From a virus: a stretch of 39,757 nt of DNA. Where the stretch lies: positions 1 through 39,757 of IMG/VR virus record IMGVR_UViG_3300022933_000001. One strand, written 5' to 3'. Position 1 is the first letter of the stretch, and every line of letters begins with the position of its first letter. This document shows, one piece after another, positions 21,625-30,556 of this stretch. Position numbers and translations under genes: made by a program. The notes below the pieces were generated by a model, which did not search any database, was not told the origin of the DNA, and saw nothing but the letters and a program-made list of their open reading frames with translations.

Positions 21625-22650
21625 ATGTCATTACCACTATCACGCTTGGGTGATGCAGCAGGAGATGGGACGAATACAAACGCCCTATTCTTGAAGCAAT
21701 TCTCAGGAGAAGTCATTACAGCGTTCGAAACATCGAACATAATGATGCCTCTACACACAGTCCGTACTATCTCACAAGGTAAGTCGGCACAATTCCCCGT
21801 CATCGGTACTACTAACGCGCAGTACCACACCCCTGGAAATTCTCTTATCGAGACTGACCCTGCGGGCGGCGCGTTTGACAAGTTTAAGCACAACGAGCGT
21901 CTAATCCACATTGATGATTTGCTTGTCTCAACTGCCTTTATTGACAGTTTAGATGAGGCTAAGAATCACTATGATTACCGTTCAGAGTATAGTCGCAAGA
22001 TGGGCTATGCTCTATCTAAACGCGCTGACGAACATCTACTATCAGTAATTGCAGAAGCTTCCCAAGCGACAGCAACTGCTCCGCAAGCTGCGGGTGGTGG
22101 TATTGTTGAAATCGGCACACACGCTACAGGTGCAGCAGATAGTGATATTACATCAGCAGCGTTGGTTTCAGCTCTGTTCGAAGCGGCTTCAAAAATGGAT
22201 ATCGCAGGTATCCCTGATGAAGACCGTTATATTGTAATGAACCCTACATTATACTACAACCTAATCAGTAATGGTTCAGTAGGATTTGACATCACTACTA
22301 CTGTTGCTAACTCCGACATCGGCGGCTCAGGCTTCGGTTCAGGTAAGGTTCCAATGATTGCAGGTTTTGAAATCTACAAGACTGCTCACTTACCAACTGT
22401 GGACCAAGTAGGCGGCGCAGATACAATCTATGAAGGTGCTAACAACACTTACACCACTGATGCAGCAACTGCAAAGCTTAAAGGTGTAATATTCCATAAG
22501 TCAGCCGTTGGAACTGTAAAGCTTCGTGACTTGTCAATGGAAGCTGAATACCAAATCGAGAGACAAGGTACGCTGATGGTAGCTAAGTATGCTATGGGTC
22601 ACGGAATGCTCCGTCCTGAAGCTGCTTACTCACTTGTAAACGCTACTTAA
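21625..22650 (+). CDS. major capsid protein, T7 gp10-like (341 aa)
   Basis: ALFLKQFSGEVITAFE...VRTISQGKSAQFPVIG closely parallels the T7 gp10 N-terminal region. Strong SD (ACAGGAGTTTTAAATG). Confidence 0.95.
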   Translation: MSLPLSRLGDAAGDGTNTNALFLKQFSGEVITAFETSNIMMPLHTVRTISQGKSAQFPVIGTTNAQYHTPGNSLIETDPAGGAFDKFKHNERLIHIDDLLVSTAFIDSLDEAKNHYDYRSEYSRKMGYALSKRADEHLLSVIAEASQATATAPQAAGGGIVEIGTHATGAADSDITSAALVSALFEAASKMDIAGIPDEDRYIVMNPTLYYNLISNGSVGFDITTTVANSDIGGSGFGSGKVPMIAGFEIYKTAHLPTVDQVGGADTIYEGANNTYTTDAATAKLKGVIFHKSAVGTVKLRDLSMEAEYQIERQGTLMVAKYAMGHGMLRPEAAYSLVNAT

Positions 22651-22669
22651 TACTAGCTATTATTTTTGG

Positions 22670-22689
22670 GGGGTATCTTTTGATGCCCC
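22670..22689 (+). terminator. hairpin immediately downstream of the major capsid gene (terminator or mRNA-stabilising element)
   Basis: GGGGUAUC-UUUU-GAUGCCCC forms 8 bp including one G-U pair, which is valid only on the + transcript. It is not followed by a U tract. The position matches that of T7 T-phi. Confidence 0.35.
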
Positions 22690-22707
22690 TCATTCCTACA
22701 CTAAACT

Positions 22708-23079
22708 ATGACTTTACTAAAGACAGTAATGAAAAGAGACCACGAAGGTGTTCTACGTAAGAGAGCTGAGTATTGGCGCATACCTTCAGGCATTGAGGTA
22801 GGCGAGTCCACACAGACGTATGACACAATAGACGCTAAAGCTGTATTCTTCTTCTCTAACGCTGCGTTAGAAGTGCGTATACCTTCCGTCAATCCTGACG
22901 GCTCTACTAGCGAGGTATCTCACTTGAGCGCAGAAGTGACCTCCTCAAAAGGAGTCATGGTAGACTCTAAAGCTAACACAGTAGGACATATCACAGGCAA
23001 TGCAATGCCCCCATTCTTCCGCTTAAAAGTATCAGGCGCAACTACTAATTCACTAGGTGCTGTATACATAACTTTCTAA
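22708..23079 (+). CDS. hypothetical virion-module protein (123 aa) between the capsid and gp11-like genes
   Basis: ATG ORF on the late strand with beta-rich composition. No T7 counterpart at this position. Confidence 0.55.
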   Translation: MTLLKTVMKRDHEGVLRKRAEYWRIPSGIEVGESTQTYDTIDAKAVFFFSNAALEVRIPSVNPDGSTSEVSHLSAEVTSSKGVMVDSKANTVGHITGNAMPPFFRLKVSGATTNSLGAVYITF

Positions 23080-23080
23080 C

Positions 23081-23695
23081 ATGGCTGACCCTTCAACAAC
23101 TACCGAAATACAGGCAGTAAACACTATCCTCTCCGCTATTGGAGAGCTTCCTACCACAGCAACTGTACTCGCTAACGGAACATCAGCTGATGTTGTTATG
23201 GCGAAGCAGATACTAGATGAAGTTAATCGTGAGGTACAAGCAGAGGGATGGCACTTCAATACAGACTATAAGGTAACCTTCACTCCTGACGGAAGCACTA
23301 AGCATATTGTCCTTACAGATGGAAACATCGTAAGAGTTACAGTAGCGGGGAGAGACCTAACTATCCGATACGACTCAGGAACTACTGAGCGTAGGCTCTA
23401 TGATAAAGAGGAGAACACCTATGAGTTTGAATCTCCACTAACTGAAGAGGCTGTAGTAGTCTACCTCTTTGAGTTCTTCGGTATACCTGAAGCGGCTAAA
23501 CGATACATTACTATACGCTCTGCACGTCTATTCCAAGACCGCATGGTTGGCTCTGCTAATCATCACAAGTTCACAGAGCGCGACGAGTTCAAAGCTCTAT
23601 TAGACCTTAAGGAATACGAAGGGTCTACAGCTGCACCAAACATCTTCCAAAGTCTAGGCACATACAACATCATTAAGCGAGGCTCTGTACTTTAA
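23081..23695 (+). CDS. tail tubular protein A (adaptor), T7 gp11-like (204 aa)
   Basis: AVNTILSAIGELP...AKQILDEVNREVQAEGWHFNTDY parallels the gp11 N-terminus. Confidence 0.9.
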   Translation: MADPSTTTEIQAVNTILSAIGELPTTATVLANGTSADVVMAKQILDEVNREVQAEGWHFNTDYKVTFTPDGSTKHIVLTDGNIVRVTVAGRDLTIRYDSGTTERRLYDKEENTYEFESPLTEEAVVVYLFEFFGIPEAAKRYITIRSARLFQDRMVGSANHHKFTERDEFKALLDLKEYEGSTAAPNIFQSLGTYNIIKRGSVL

Positions 23696-26600
23696 TGGGG
23701 ATACTAAACTCCTCCCTCTCTAACCTCTTAGGTGGTGTCTCGCAACAAGCAGAATCCCTAAGGGGTGCATCTAATTGTGAGGAGCAGACTAACGCTTACC
23801 CTTCCCCTGTGAATGGTTTAGTTAAGCGTCCACCTACACAGTTTATGACTGATGCTTTAGGTGCTAACTTCCAAGATGCTAACGCATTAGATACAGCATC
23901 GCACCTAATCAATAGAGATTCATCTGAAAGATACTTACTAACAATATCAGGTAAGACTATTGCAGAGGATGATGCAACTAGCGTAATATCAGTATGGGAC
24001 TTAGAGAACAACGTAGCTAAGACTGTTTACTATGATGAGGATGCTGTTGATTACCTTAACGCTACAGACTCTACTACAGCTTTCTCTTTCGCTACTGCGG
24101 GAGATGTGACTTACATTAACAACAAGGAAGTCACTCCTAAAATGCTACCTGAGTTAAGCACCGCGGCAATAGATAATGCAATAGTCCATGTTAGGCAGGG
24201 AGCATCTGATACTGAGTACAATATCAAACTTGAAGGAATTACAGTAACACATGAAACACCAACGTCGGGGGATAACTCCATAAAGACTTCAGTTATTGCA
24301 ACAGGATTATACAACGGGTTAATATCAGGTAAGACTGCGACACTCCATTCAGATACTGCTATAACACTACCTGCTGACCATCCTAACGATGGAACCTCTA
24401 TGGGGTACAACGGCACTACACAGTACCACGCTTTCAAACTTAATATAAGTACAGGGACTCCACTAACTAACTTACCAACTGTAAAAGTAACAGGTAGCGT
24501 AGTTAGGTTTGTGAGTGAGGGAACTTATCCAATGTATTATAAAAAAGTACCACACGGGGTTTTTTACCCCATAGCTACGGGAGCTAATTATAGAATACGA
24601 AAGACGGATTCGGAGACAGCTCCCTCATGGATAGAGTTAGAAACTATGAGTGGTGAACCTATGCTACGCGGTTGGAACGGTAATAACCCTGCCCCTGCAG
24701 GTACTGCATCTATAGTGATTGAGGACACCCAAGGCTCTACTAATTTTTCAGCCTACACATTTACTAAACATGACTCTACAATACTAATACACGATACTAT
24801 AGGCGTTGAAGATTTCAATATAGAAACATCCGACTCAGTAGGGGATACATACTTAAAAGCCTTTAAGGGAAGTACGCAATACTTTTCAGACCTTCCTGAA
24901 TCCTGTATTGATGGAATGCGTATGAAAGTAACAGGAAGTGTTGAATCAGCTATAGATGATTACTATGTAGAGTTTAGTACAAGTGGTTCAAATACTTACG
25001 GGAAAGGTTCTTGGATAGAAAAGGCTTCTACAAGTACTCGACATAAAATAGACACAAGTACGATGCCTCATATTCTTATAAGACAATCTGATGGTACGTT
25101 CCTATTCAAGCCTGCTGATGGTTTAACTACTCCTGATGATGTAACTAGCGGCTTTGCCTTACCTGTAGAAGAAACACTTAGCTGTTCAGGAGTCGGTGCT
25201 TATGATACTAATGATACAACGTATACTGTAGATGGTCTAGTAGCTGATACGGTAATTAAAGCAGGCTCAAGGTTGTTAGTACCTGCGGGAGGTTCAGATG
25301 AAGTTATTCTAGGTGACGCAACTGTAGCTCTTGATGGGTCTGTAAGTCTCACAACAGCAGCTACTTTAGGTAATTTTTCTGATGATGAAGCAATGCAGGT
25401 AAAGCTAGTAGGTGACTACTCTTCATTTGAATGGGAAGAACGTAAGGCGGGAGATGATGTGACAAACCCTTTACCTAACTTCATAGGTAACCCAATTAAC
25501 GACATCTTCTTTTATGAAAACCGCTTAGGTATGTTGTCAGGAGAGTCCGTCACGCTATCAGAGTCAGGACAGTTCTTTAACTTTTTTAGAACTACTATCA
25601 TTGATTTATTAGATACTGCCCCTATAGAAGTGGTAGGTTCGTCTAACTCTGTAAACACTCTTCGTCATGCACTGCCGTTTAACAGTAACCTACTACTGTT
25701 TGGTGATAATACACAATTCATGTTAGGCTCAGGTCAAGAAGGACTTTCTCCGAAAACTGTAGCTATGAGCCAAGTCTCTAACTACGAGTGTGACCCTAAC
25801 TGCGCCCCTGCGATTGGAGGCACGTCTGTATTCTTTGCATACCCACGAGGTAGCTACGGCGGTCTACAAGACATGGTTATCCGTGACCCTGAAGCTAGAG
25901 ACCTGCAAGCCTTTGACCTAACAGACTCAGTACCTTCGTACATCGAGAACCCGTTTAGAGCTATTGCAACAATGCCTCAAGAGAATCTAGTCATAGGATT
26001 ACCTAAGGCTGAAGGTGGGGATATGCAAGACCTATACCTATATAAGTATCTCGACAGAGGCAACGAGCGGATTCAGTCAGCTTGGTTTAAGTTTACCTTA
26101 TCTTCTTTCGGAGCCGCCGCGGATGATACACAACAGATAATAGGTATACATACTGTAGAGAATGTATTATATGTACTATCTAGATTTGTAGATAGCGTCA
26201 CACCCAATAGCTCTCACACATCTATCCATAAGATAGAGTTTACTACTGAGGGGATAACAGACCTATTCAGTCAGCCCCCACTACTTGATAACGTACTCTC
26301 TCGTCTAGGTAATAACTCTGGTCTTATCCAAGATGGCGGAACTTTAGTAGACGGTGATACTGTGTTTACTCTTCCTTACGGTAGTGAAGGTAAATCAGCA
26401 TCTGACTTTCAGATTATTACCAAACATAAAACAGGTGATGATGGAGGAGTAGTAATTCCAATACTTTCAGGAACTTTCCTTGCAGAATCTACAACACTAA
26501 CAGTAGACGGTGATAAAAGAGCAGAACACGTTTGGATAGGCTCTAAGTATGACATGACATACAAGTATGCTTCCCCTATCTTCAAAGGTCCTTCCTCAGG

Positions 26601-26925
26601 AGGCGGAGCATCATTAGTAACTTCAGGTCGCTATCAGATACATTCAGCAGACATTGTCTACCACGACACAAATACATTCAATGTAGCCGTGTCAGTAGAG
26701 GGTCGTAGTGATTATTCTTACACCTTTACCGCAGACACTACTCAGGTAGATGTGACTTCTGAAGGTTCAGTCGGACTAGACTCAGGAGACATGAGGATAC
26801 CTATTCATGCTAAGAATGATACATACGATATGACTATTACTTCTGACTCAGCTTATCCTGTAAAACTGTTATCGACTGAGTTCGAGGCACAGTATAATGC
26901 TCGTAGCAGGAGGATGGGAATATGA
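23695..26925 (+). CDS. tail tubular protein B (nozzle), T7 gp12-like, enlarged (1076 aa)
   Basis: The N-terminal LLGGVSQQAESLR...NGLVKRPP matches the gp12 signature. Synteny supports the call. Confidence 0.9.
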   Translation: MGILNSSLSNLLGGVSQQAESLRGASNCEEQTNAYPSPVNGLVKRPPTQFMTDALGANFQDANALDTASHLINRDSSERYLLTISGKTIAEDDATSVISVWDLENNVAKTVYYDEDAVDYLNATDSTTAFSFATAGDVTYINNKEVTPKMLPELSTAAIDNAIVHVRQGASDTEYNIKLEGITVTHETPTSGDNSIKTSVIATGLYNGLISGKTATLHSDTAITLPADHPNDGTSMGYNGTTQYHAFKLNISTGTPLTNLPTVKVTGSVVRFVSEGTYPMYYKKVPHGVFYPIATGANYRIRKTDSETAPSWIELETMSGEPMLRGWNGNNPAPAGTASIVIEDTQGSTNFSAYTFTKHDSTILIHDTIGVEDFNIETSDSVGDTYLKAFKGSTQYFSDLPESCIDGMRMKVTGSVESAIDDYYVEFSTSGSNTYGKGSWIEKASTSTRHKIDTSTMPHILIRQSDGTFLFKPADGLTTPDDVTSGFALPVEETLSCSGVGAYDTNDTTYTVDGLVADTVIKAGSRLLVPAGGSDEVILGDATVALDGSVSLTTAATLGNFSDDEAMQVKLVGDYSSFEWEERKAGDDVTNPLPNFIGNPINDIFFYENRLGMLSGESVTLSESGQFFNFFRTTIIDLLDTAPIEVVGSSNSVNTLRHALPFNSNLLLFGDNTQFMLGSGQEGLSPKTVAMSQVSNYECDPNCAPAIGGTSVFFAYPRGSYGGLQDMVIRDPEARDLQAFDLTDSVPSYIENPFRAIATMPQENLVIGLPKAEGGDMQDLYLYKYLDRGNERIQSAWFKFTLSSFGAAADDTQQIIGIHTVENVLYVLSRFVDSVTPNSSHTSIHKIEFTTEGITDLFSQPPLLDNVLSRLGNNSGLIQDGGTLVDGDTVFTLPYGSEGKSASDFQIITKHKTGDDGGVVIPILSGTFLAESTTLTVDGDKRAEHVWIGSKYDMTYKYASPIFKGPSSGGGASLVTSGRYQIHSADIVYHDTNTFNVAVSVEGRSDYSYTFTADTTQVDVTSEGSVGLDSGDMRIPIHAKNDTYDMTITSDSAYPVKLLSTEFEAQYNARSRRMGI

Positions 26926-27401
26926 AAGCAATCGTAAGAGAGTCAATACTACAGGACGCTAAGGACATGGCTCCTTACTTGCGTGATGCAGACTATGCAG
27001 AACTACGAGCATCTATAGGTGATACATTAGATACCGCGGAACTCCTAAAGATAAGCATTGAACATTCCGATGACCCAAGAACGGTAGAGCTTGATGGAAA
27101 GCCTATTGCTATCTTCGGTGTCGTGGATTCACACGAAACTACACCAAGAGTAGGATATGTGTGGATGCTTGGAACAAACAAGATTAAAGATATTAGAAGT
27201 CAGTTCCTACGGAAGTGTAAGGAACAGTTAATACAACAGGAAGAGCCTTATGAGGTGCTTACCAACTTCGTAGATGCCCGCAACAAGGTACATATCAAAT
27301 GGTTGCGATGGATGGGCTTTACAATTATAAGAGAGGTAGAAAATTATGGAGCAGAGAAGAGAACTTTTTATGAATTTGCGAGGATTAAGGTAAATGTGTA
27401 A
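26922..27401 (+). CDS. gp13-like internal virion/assembly protein (159 aa)
   Basis: It lies between the gp12- and gp14-like genes. Strong SD (AGGAGG). The call rests on synteny only. Confidence 0.5.
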   Translation: MKAIVRESILQDAKDMAPYLRDADYAELRASIGDTLDTAELLKISIEHSDDPRTVELDGKPIAIFGVVDSHETTPRVGYVWMLGTNKIKDIRSQFLRKCKEQLIQQEEPYEVLTNFVDARNKVHIKWLRWMGFTIIREVENYGAEKRTFYEFARIKVNV

Positions 27402-28209
27402 CCCCGTATGGATGGCTTTCGCAGGCGGCGCACAGGCTGCTGTAGGTAACTTTCAAGCTAATGCAGCACATAAGTGGAAGCAGAAGATGGAGGAAGCAGG
27501 TGAACACAATGCCTTCCTCTCTAATGCTGTCCAACAGAGACAGCTCGGTACTCAGACGCAACAGAAGATGCGCTCAGTCAATGAGGAGATTCGCATGATA
27601 CAGCGTAAGGGTAACCAAGTGGCTGCAGCAGCCGCCGTAAGAGCTACGAAGGGTGGAGTGCAGGCAGACTCTGCCTCAGTACAAGCTCTACAACAACAGT
27701 TCGGTAAGGATGCTATGCAAGCTATCGGGGTGCGTGATGTGGAAGGGCAAGAGACTCTCACCTTCTCACAACAACAAGCTAAGGCTATTGAGCTTCAGAC
27801 TCAAGCCCGCATCGACTCAGTACAAGCAGGACCTGCACCTTCCTTTGGTGGACAGGTGCTGAATGTTATTTCAGGAGTGGCTCAGGGATATATGTCAGGT
27901 AAGGATATGCAAAACCCTATAACTCCTGCGGCTCCTACGGGAGGAGCCTTTGCCCCTATGGGTAGCGCGTCTACATACGGGCTATCAATCGTCCCCGCTA
28001 ATCCAATATCATCAGGACTAGGAGGGACGGCTTTAACAACAGCTAACCCCTACCTAAGCATAGGTAGTATGCCTCATTCAGCTTTGTGGAATATGCCAAT
28101 AACGAAACTACCTGCGCAGGGGAGTATGAACCTGTTTAACCCTTACCCTGTTGGACCCCTCAGTTCGTTTGGTCCTTTTAGTCCTTTCGCTTCCTTCGGT
28201 ACTTACTAA
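27394..28209 (+). CDS. internal virion protein, gp14-like (271 aa)
   Basis: Synteny supports the call. The centre is Gln/Ala-rich helical and the C-terminus is Gly/Pro/Ser-rich. Confidence 0.55.
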   Translation: MCNPVWMAFAGGAQAAVGNFQANAAHKWKQKMEEAGEHNAFLSNAVQQRQLGTQTQQKMRSVNEEIRMIQRKGNQVAAAAAVRATKGGVQADSASVQALQQQFGKDAMQAIGVRDVEGQETLTFSQQQAKAIELQTQARIDSVQAGPAPSFGGQVLNVISGVAQGYMSGKDMQNPITPAAPTGGAFAPMGSASTYGLSIVPANPISSGLGGTALTTANPYLSIGSMPHSALWNMPITKLPAQGSMNLFNPYPVGPLSSFGPFSPFASFGTY

Positions 28210-30554
28210 TGCCACAACGCCAACAAACACAGGGAGACTTCGGACTCCGCCCAACTAAGGTAACTCAAGGCATTACAGATGTCTATCATGCACCTTCGAT
28301 ACCTAAGCCTGATATGTCAGGGTTACAGGCTATTGCTAACCTCAGTAAGACTGCTATGGGTTTAGTCCAAGAGCAACACAGACTAGATGTTAGAGATGCT
28401 AAGTTTGCTCAAGAGGAGGCAGAAGCACACGAGAAAACAGGCAGAGAGTTCGGAGAAGCTCATCCTTTTGCTGAGTTCCCAAGAGGTTCTACAGAAGCAA
28501 TGATACTCGGCGGGCGTAAAGGAAGAGCAGCGGCTATGCAGTCTATGTATAGAAATGCAGTAAAAGAAGGCTTCTCCTCCCACTTACTCACTAACCCCGA
28601 AGAGGCTACTAACCCTGACGCTTTCTTTAACTTTGCAGATAATACCTATAATGAGTGGGCATCTACTCATGCAGAGTCTCTCGGCGAGTTAGGATTACAG
28701 GAGTTTGCTGCAGGTCACATAGAGTGGAGGCATCATCAAGGTGCGATACACGGAAACAAAGCTATCGCTCAGGGAGTTGAAGATTTCATTGGAGTGTCAG
28801 ACACTATAATGCCTCAGACTCTTACGGAACTAGAATCTATAAACTCAGCAATAGATGGATATAGCGATTCTCAGATTATCGCTTTATTTCCTGAATACGA
28901 TAGTGAGGAAGAGTTCAATGTAGAGGAACACCGTCAGTTACTTAGAGAGCAGTATGGCACAGTACCTATGCAGAACTTACAAAACTATCTAGGTGAGGCT
29001 CATAGAATGGGAGATGACGTACTGAGACAAGCTGTTGATAGAATATCTACGGACCTCATAAAGGAGATGACTGATGGTATGAATCCAATAGCCGCACATA
29101 CTATGCTTCTAAATCTCCGCACAGGCTCAGGAGCGTTTATAGACCGCCCTGAAGTTAATGAGAAGTACCGTAACTCTTTACAAAAGTTTGAAGCTAATGT
29201 TAATACTCTAAACGCAGATGTTATAGCTTCTAACGCTTCTTTGAATTTTCTAGATTTAGATTCCGATAAGAACTACACTGACTCGCAGGTAAGCTCAGGA
29301 TTATCAGGAGTCGCATTCAACGCTAAAGTAGAAGATGATATATATAATATGTCACTCATTAACGACGAAGATGGGAACGTGCAGCTTTCCGCGAAGGCGG
29401 TCATCGCGCACCTAGTAGATAACCCTGATTTACCCAAAGCCCCCCGCACATCAGAGACTATAACTACTGCACTTAGTTACTTACTTGATAGAAATATTGA
29501 AGCTAATCCTGAAGTTGTTAGTCTAGGTTTAGAGCTTTATAGGTTTGCTCAGAAGTCTACCCCTCTGCTAAAACGCTTAGGACTAGATGCTCATCAACAG
29601 CTTGTCCTTAATTTTGCAACTATGGAAGCCGCTAAAGAAGATTTTCAAGGCGTATCATCTCTACCGCAATTGATAAGAGATGCTAATCTCTATATTGATT
29701 CAGATATTAGAATAACTGCTGAAGAAATGAGGGAGGCTTTCTCAGAGGCTACGACTAGCGGGTGGTGGGCGCGGCTTCATGGAAGTTCCCGTAGACCTAT
29801 AGCCTTCCAATCCGTAGAGGGAATAGAACCCGAACAGATTAGTGGTGATTTTTTACAACGCGCAGAGGCAGTTTATTTGAATCTAGCACAGCAGAGAGGA
29901 AATTCACAATTAAATAAAGAGCAGTTGATGGATAAAACTATTGAACAGTTAGAGACTTTCGGAGTAGTTAATGTGGATGGAAGACCTTTTCAACTCCCTG
30001 AAGGGCGTGGGATGCAGGATGTAGCGGAGATAGAAAAAATAGCAAAACAGAAGTTACTTTCAGAAATACAGGAAGATGCGCTGACGATGCGAGAGATTCA
30101 GGCGGAAATAGGAGAAATGACCCCTGCTGAGTTTAATAGTAAGTACCCTGAAGCTCCTCCTATATTAGAGGGGAGTATGTTCGGTTTAATGAGAAGTGCG
30201 CTTAGACCTGATATATGGTTTAAGGCACGCGCTGAAGAAATCTTCTTCCTTAGAAATAATAGAAGCCCTCTTAATATTACATTTGATGATTATAGTGATT
30301 CTTCTTCATGGGAAGATTTACCTATCAGCCTATATTCCGATTTTGAATTTAAGGAAAACCCTGACTATCTTTTCATAAACGAGGATACAGGAACAGTATT
30401 GGATGGTGTTTCTAGTGATATATTTAATACAAGAGAATTTTCAGCTATGTTTGAGATTGCTCAAGTTATCTTAACCGCAGAGGAAGCAAGGCGGATGGAT
30501 GCGTTTATAGAACATAAAGATAGTACATACTTCAAGTCTACTCCTTTTAATTAG
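28209..30554 (+). CDS. internal core/ejection protein, gp15-like (781 aa)
   Basis: Synteny and size support the call (T7 gp15 is 747 aa). Confidence 0.65.
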   Translation: MPQRQQTQGDFGLRPTKVTQGITDVYHAPSIPKPDMSGLQAIANLSKTAMGLVQEQHRLDVRDAKFAQEEAEAHEKTGREFGEAHPFAEFPRGSTEAMILGGRKGRAAAMQSMYRNAVKEGFSSHLLTNPEEATNPDAFFNFADNTYNEWASTHAESLGELGLQEFAAGHIEWRHHQGAIHGNKAIAQGVEDFIGVSDTIMPQTLTELESINSAIDGYSDSQIIALFPEYDSEEEFNVEEHRQLLREQYGTVPMQNLQNYLGEAHRMGDDVLRQAVDRISTDLIKEMTDGMNPIAAHTMLLNLRTGSGAFIDRPEVNEKYRNSLQKFEANVNTLNADVIASNASLNFLDLDSDKNYTDSQVSSGLSGVAFNAKVEDDIYNMSLINDEDGNVQLSAKAVIAHLVDNPDLPKAPRTSETITTALSYLLDRNIEANPEVVSLGLELYRFAQKSTPLLKRLGLDAHQQLVLNFATMEAAKEDFQGVSSLPQLIRDANLYIDSDIRITAEEMREAFSEATTSGWWARLHGSSRRPIAFQSVEGIEPEQISGDFLQRAEAVYLNLAQQRGNSQLNKEQLMDKTIEQLETFGVVNVDGRPFQLPEGRGMQDVAEIEKIAKQKLLSEIQEDALTMREIQAEIGEMTPAEFNSKYPEAPPILEGSMFGLMRSALRPDIWFKARAEEIFFLRNNRSPLNITFDDYSDSSSWEDLPISLYSDFEFKENPDYLFINEDTGTVLDGVSSDIFNTREFSAMFEIAQVILTAEEARRMDAFIEHKDSTYFKSTPFN

Positions 30555-30556
30555 AA

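Noticed and set aside
22560-22710. T7-style -1 frameshift extension of the capsid protein (10A/10B)
   Set aside because: No slippery heptamer is visible near the capsid stop, and the downstream 123-aa ORF has its own ATG after a hairpin. I treat them as separate genes.
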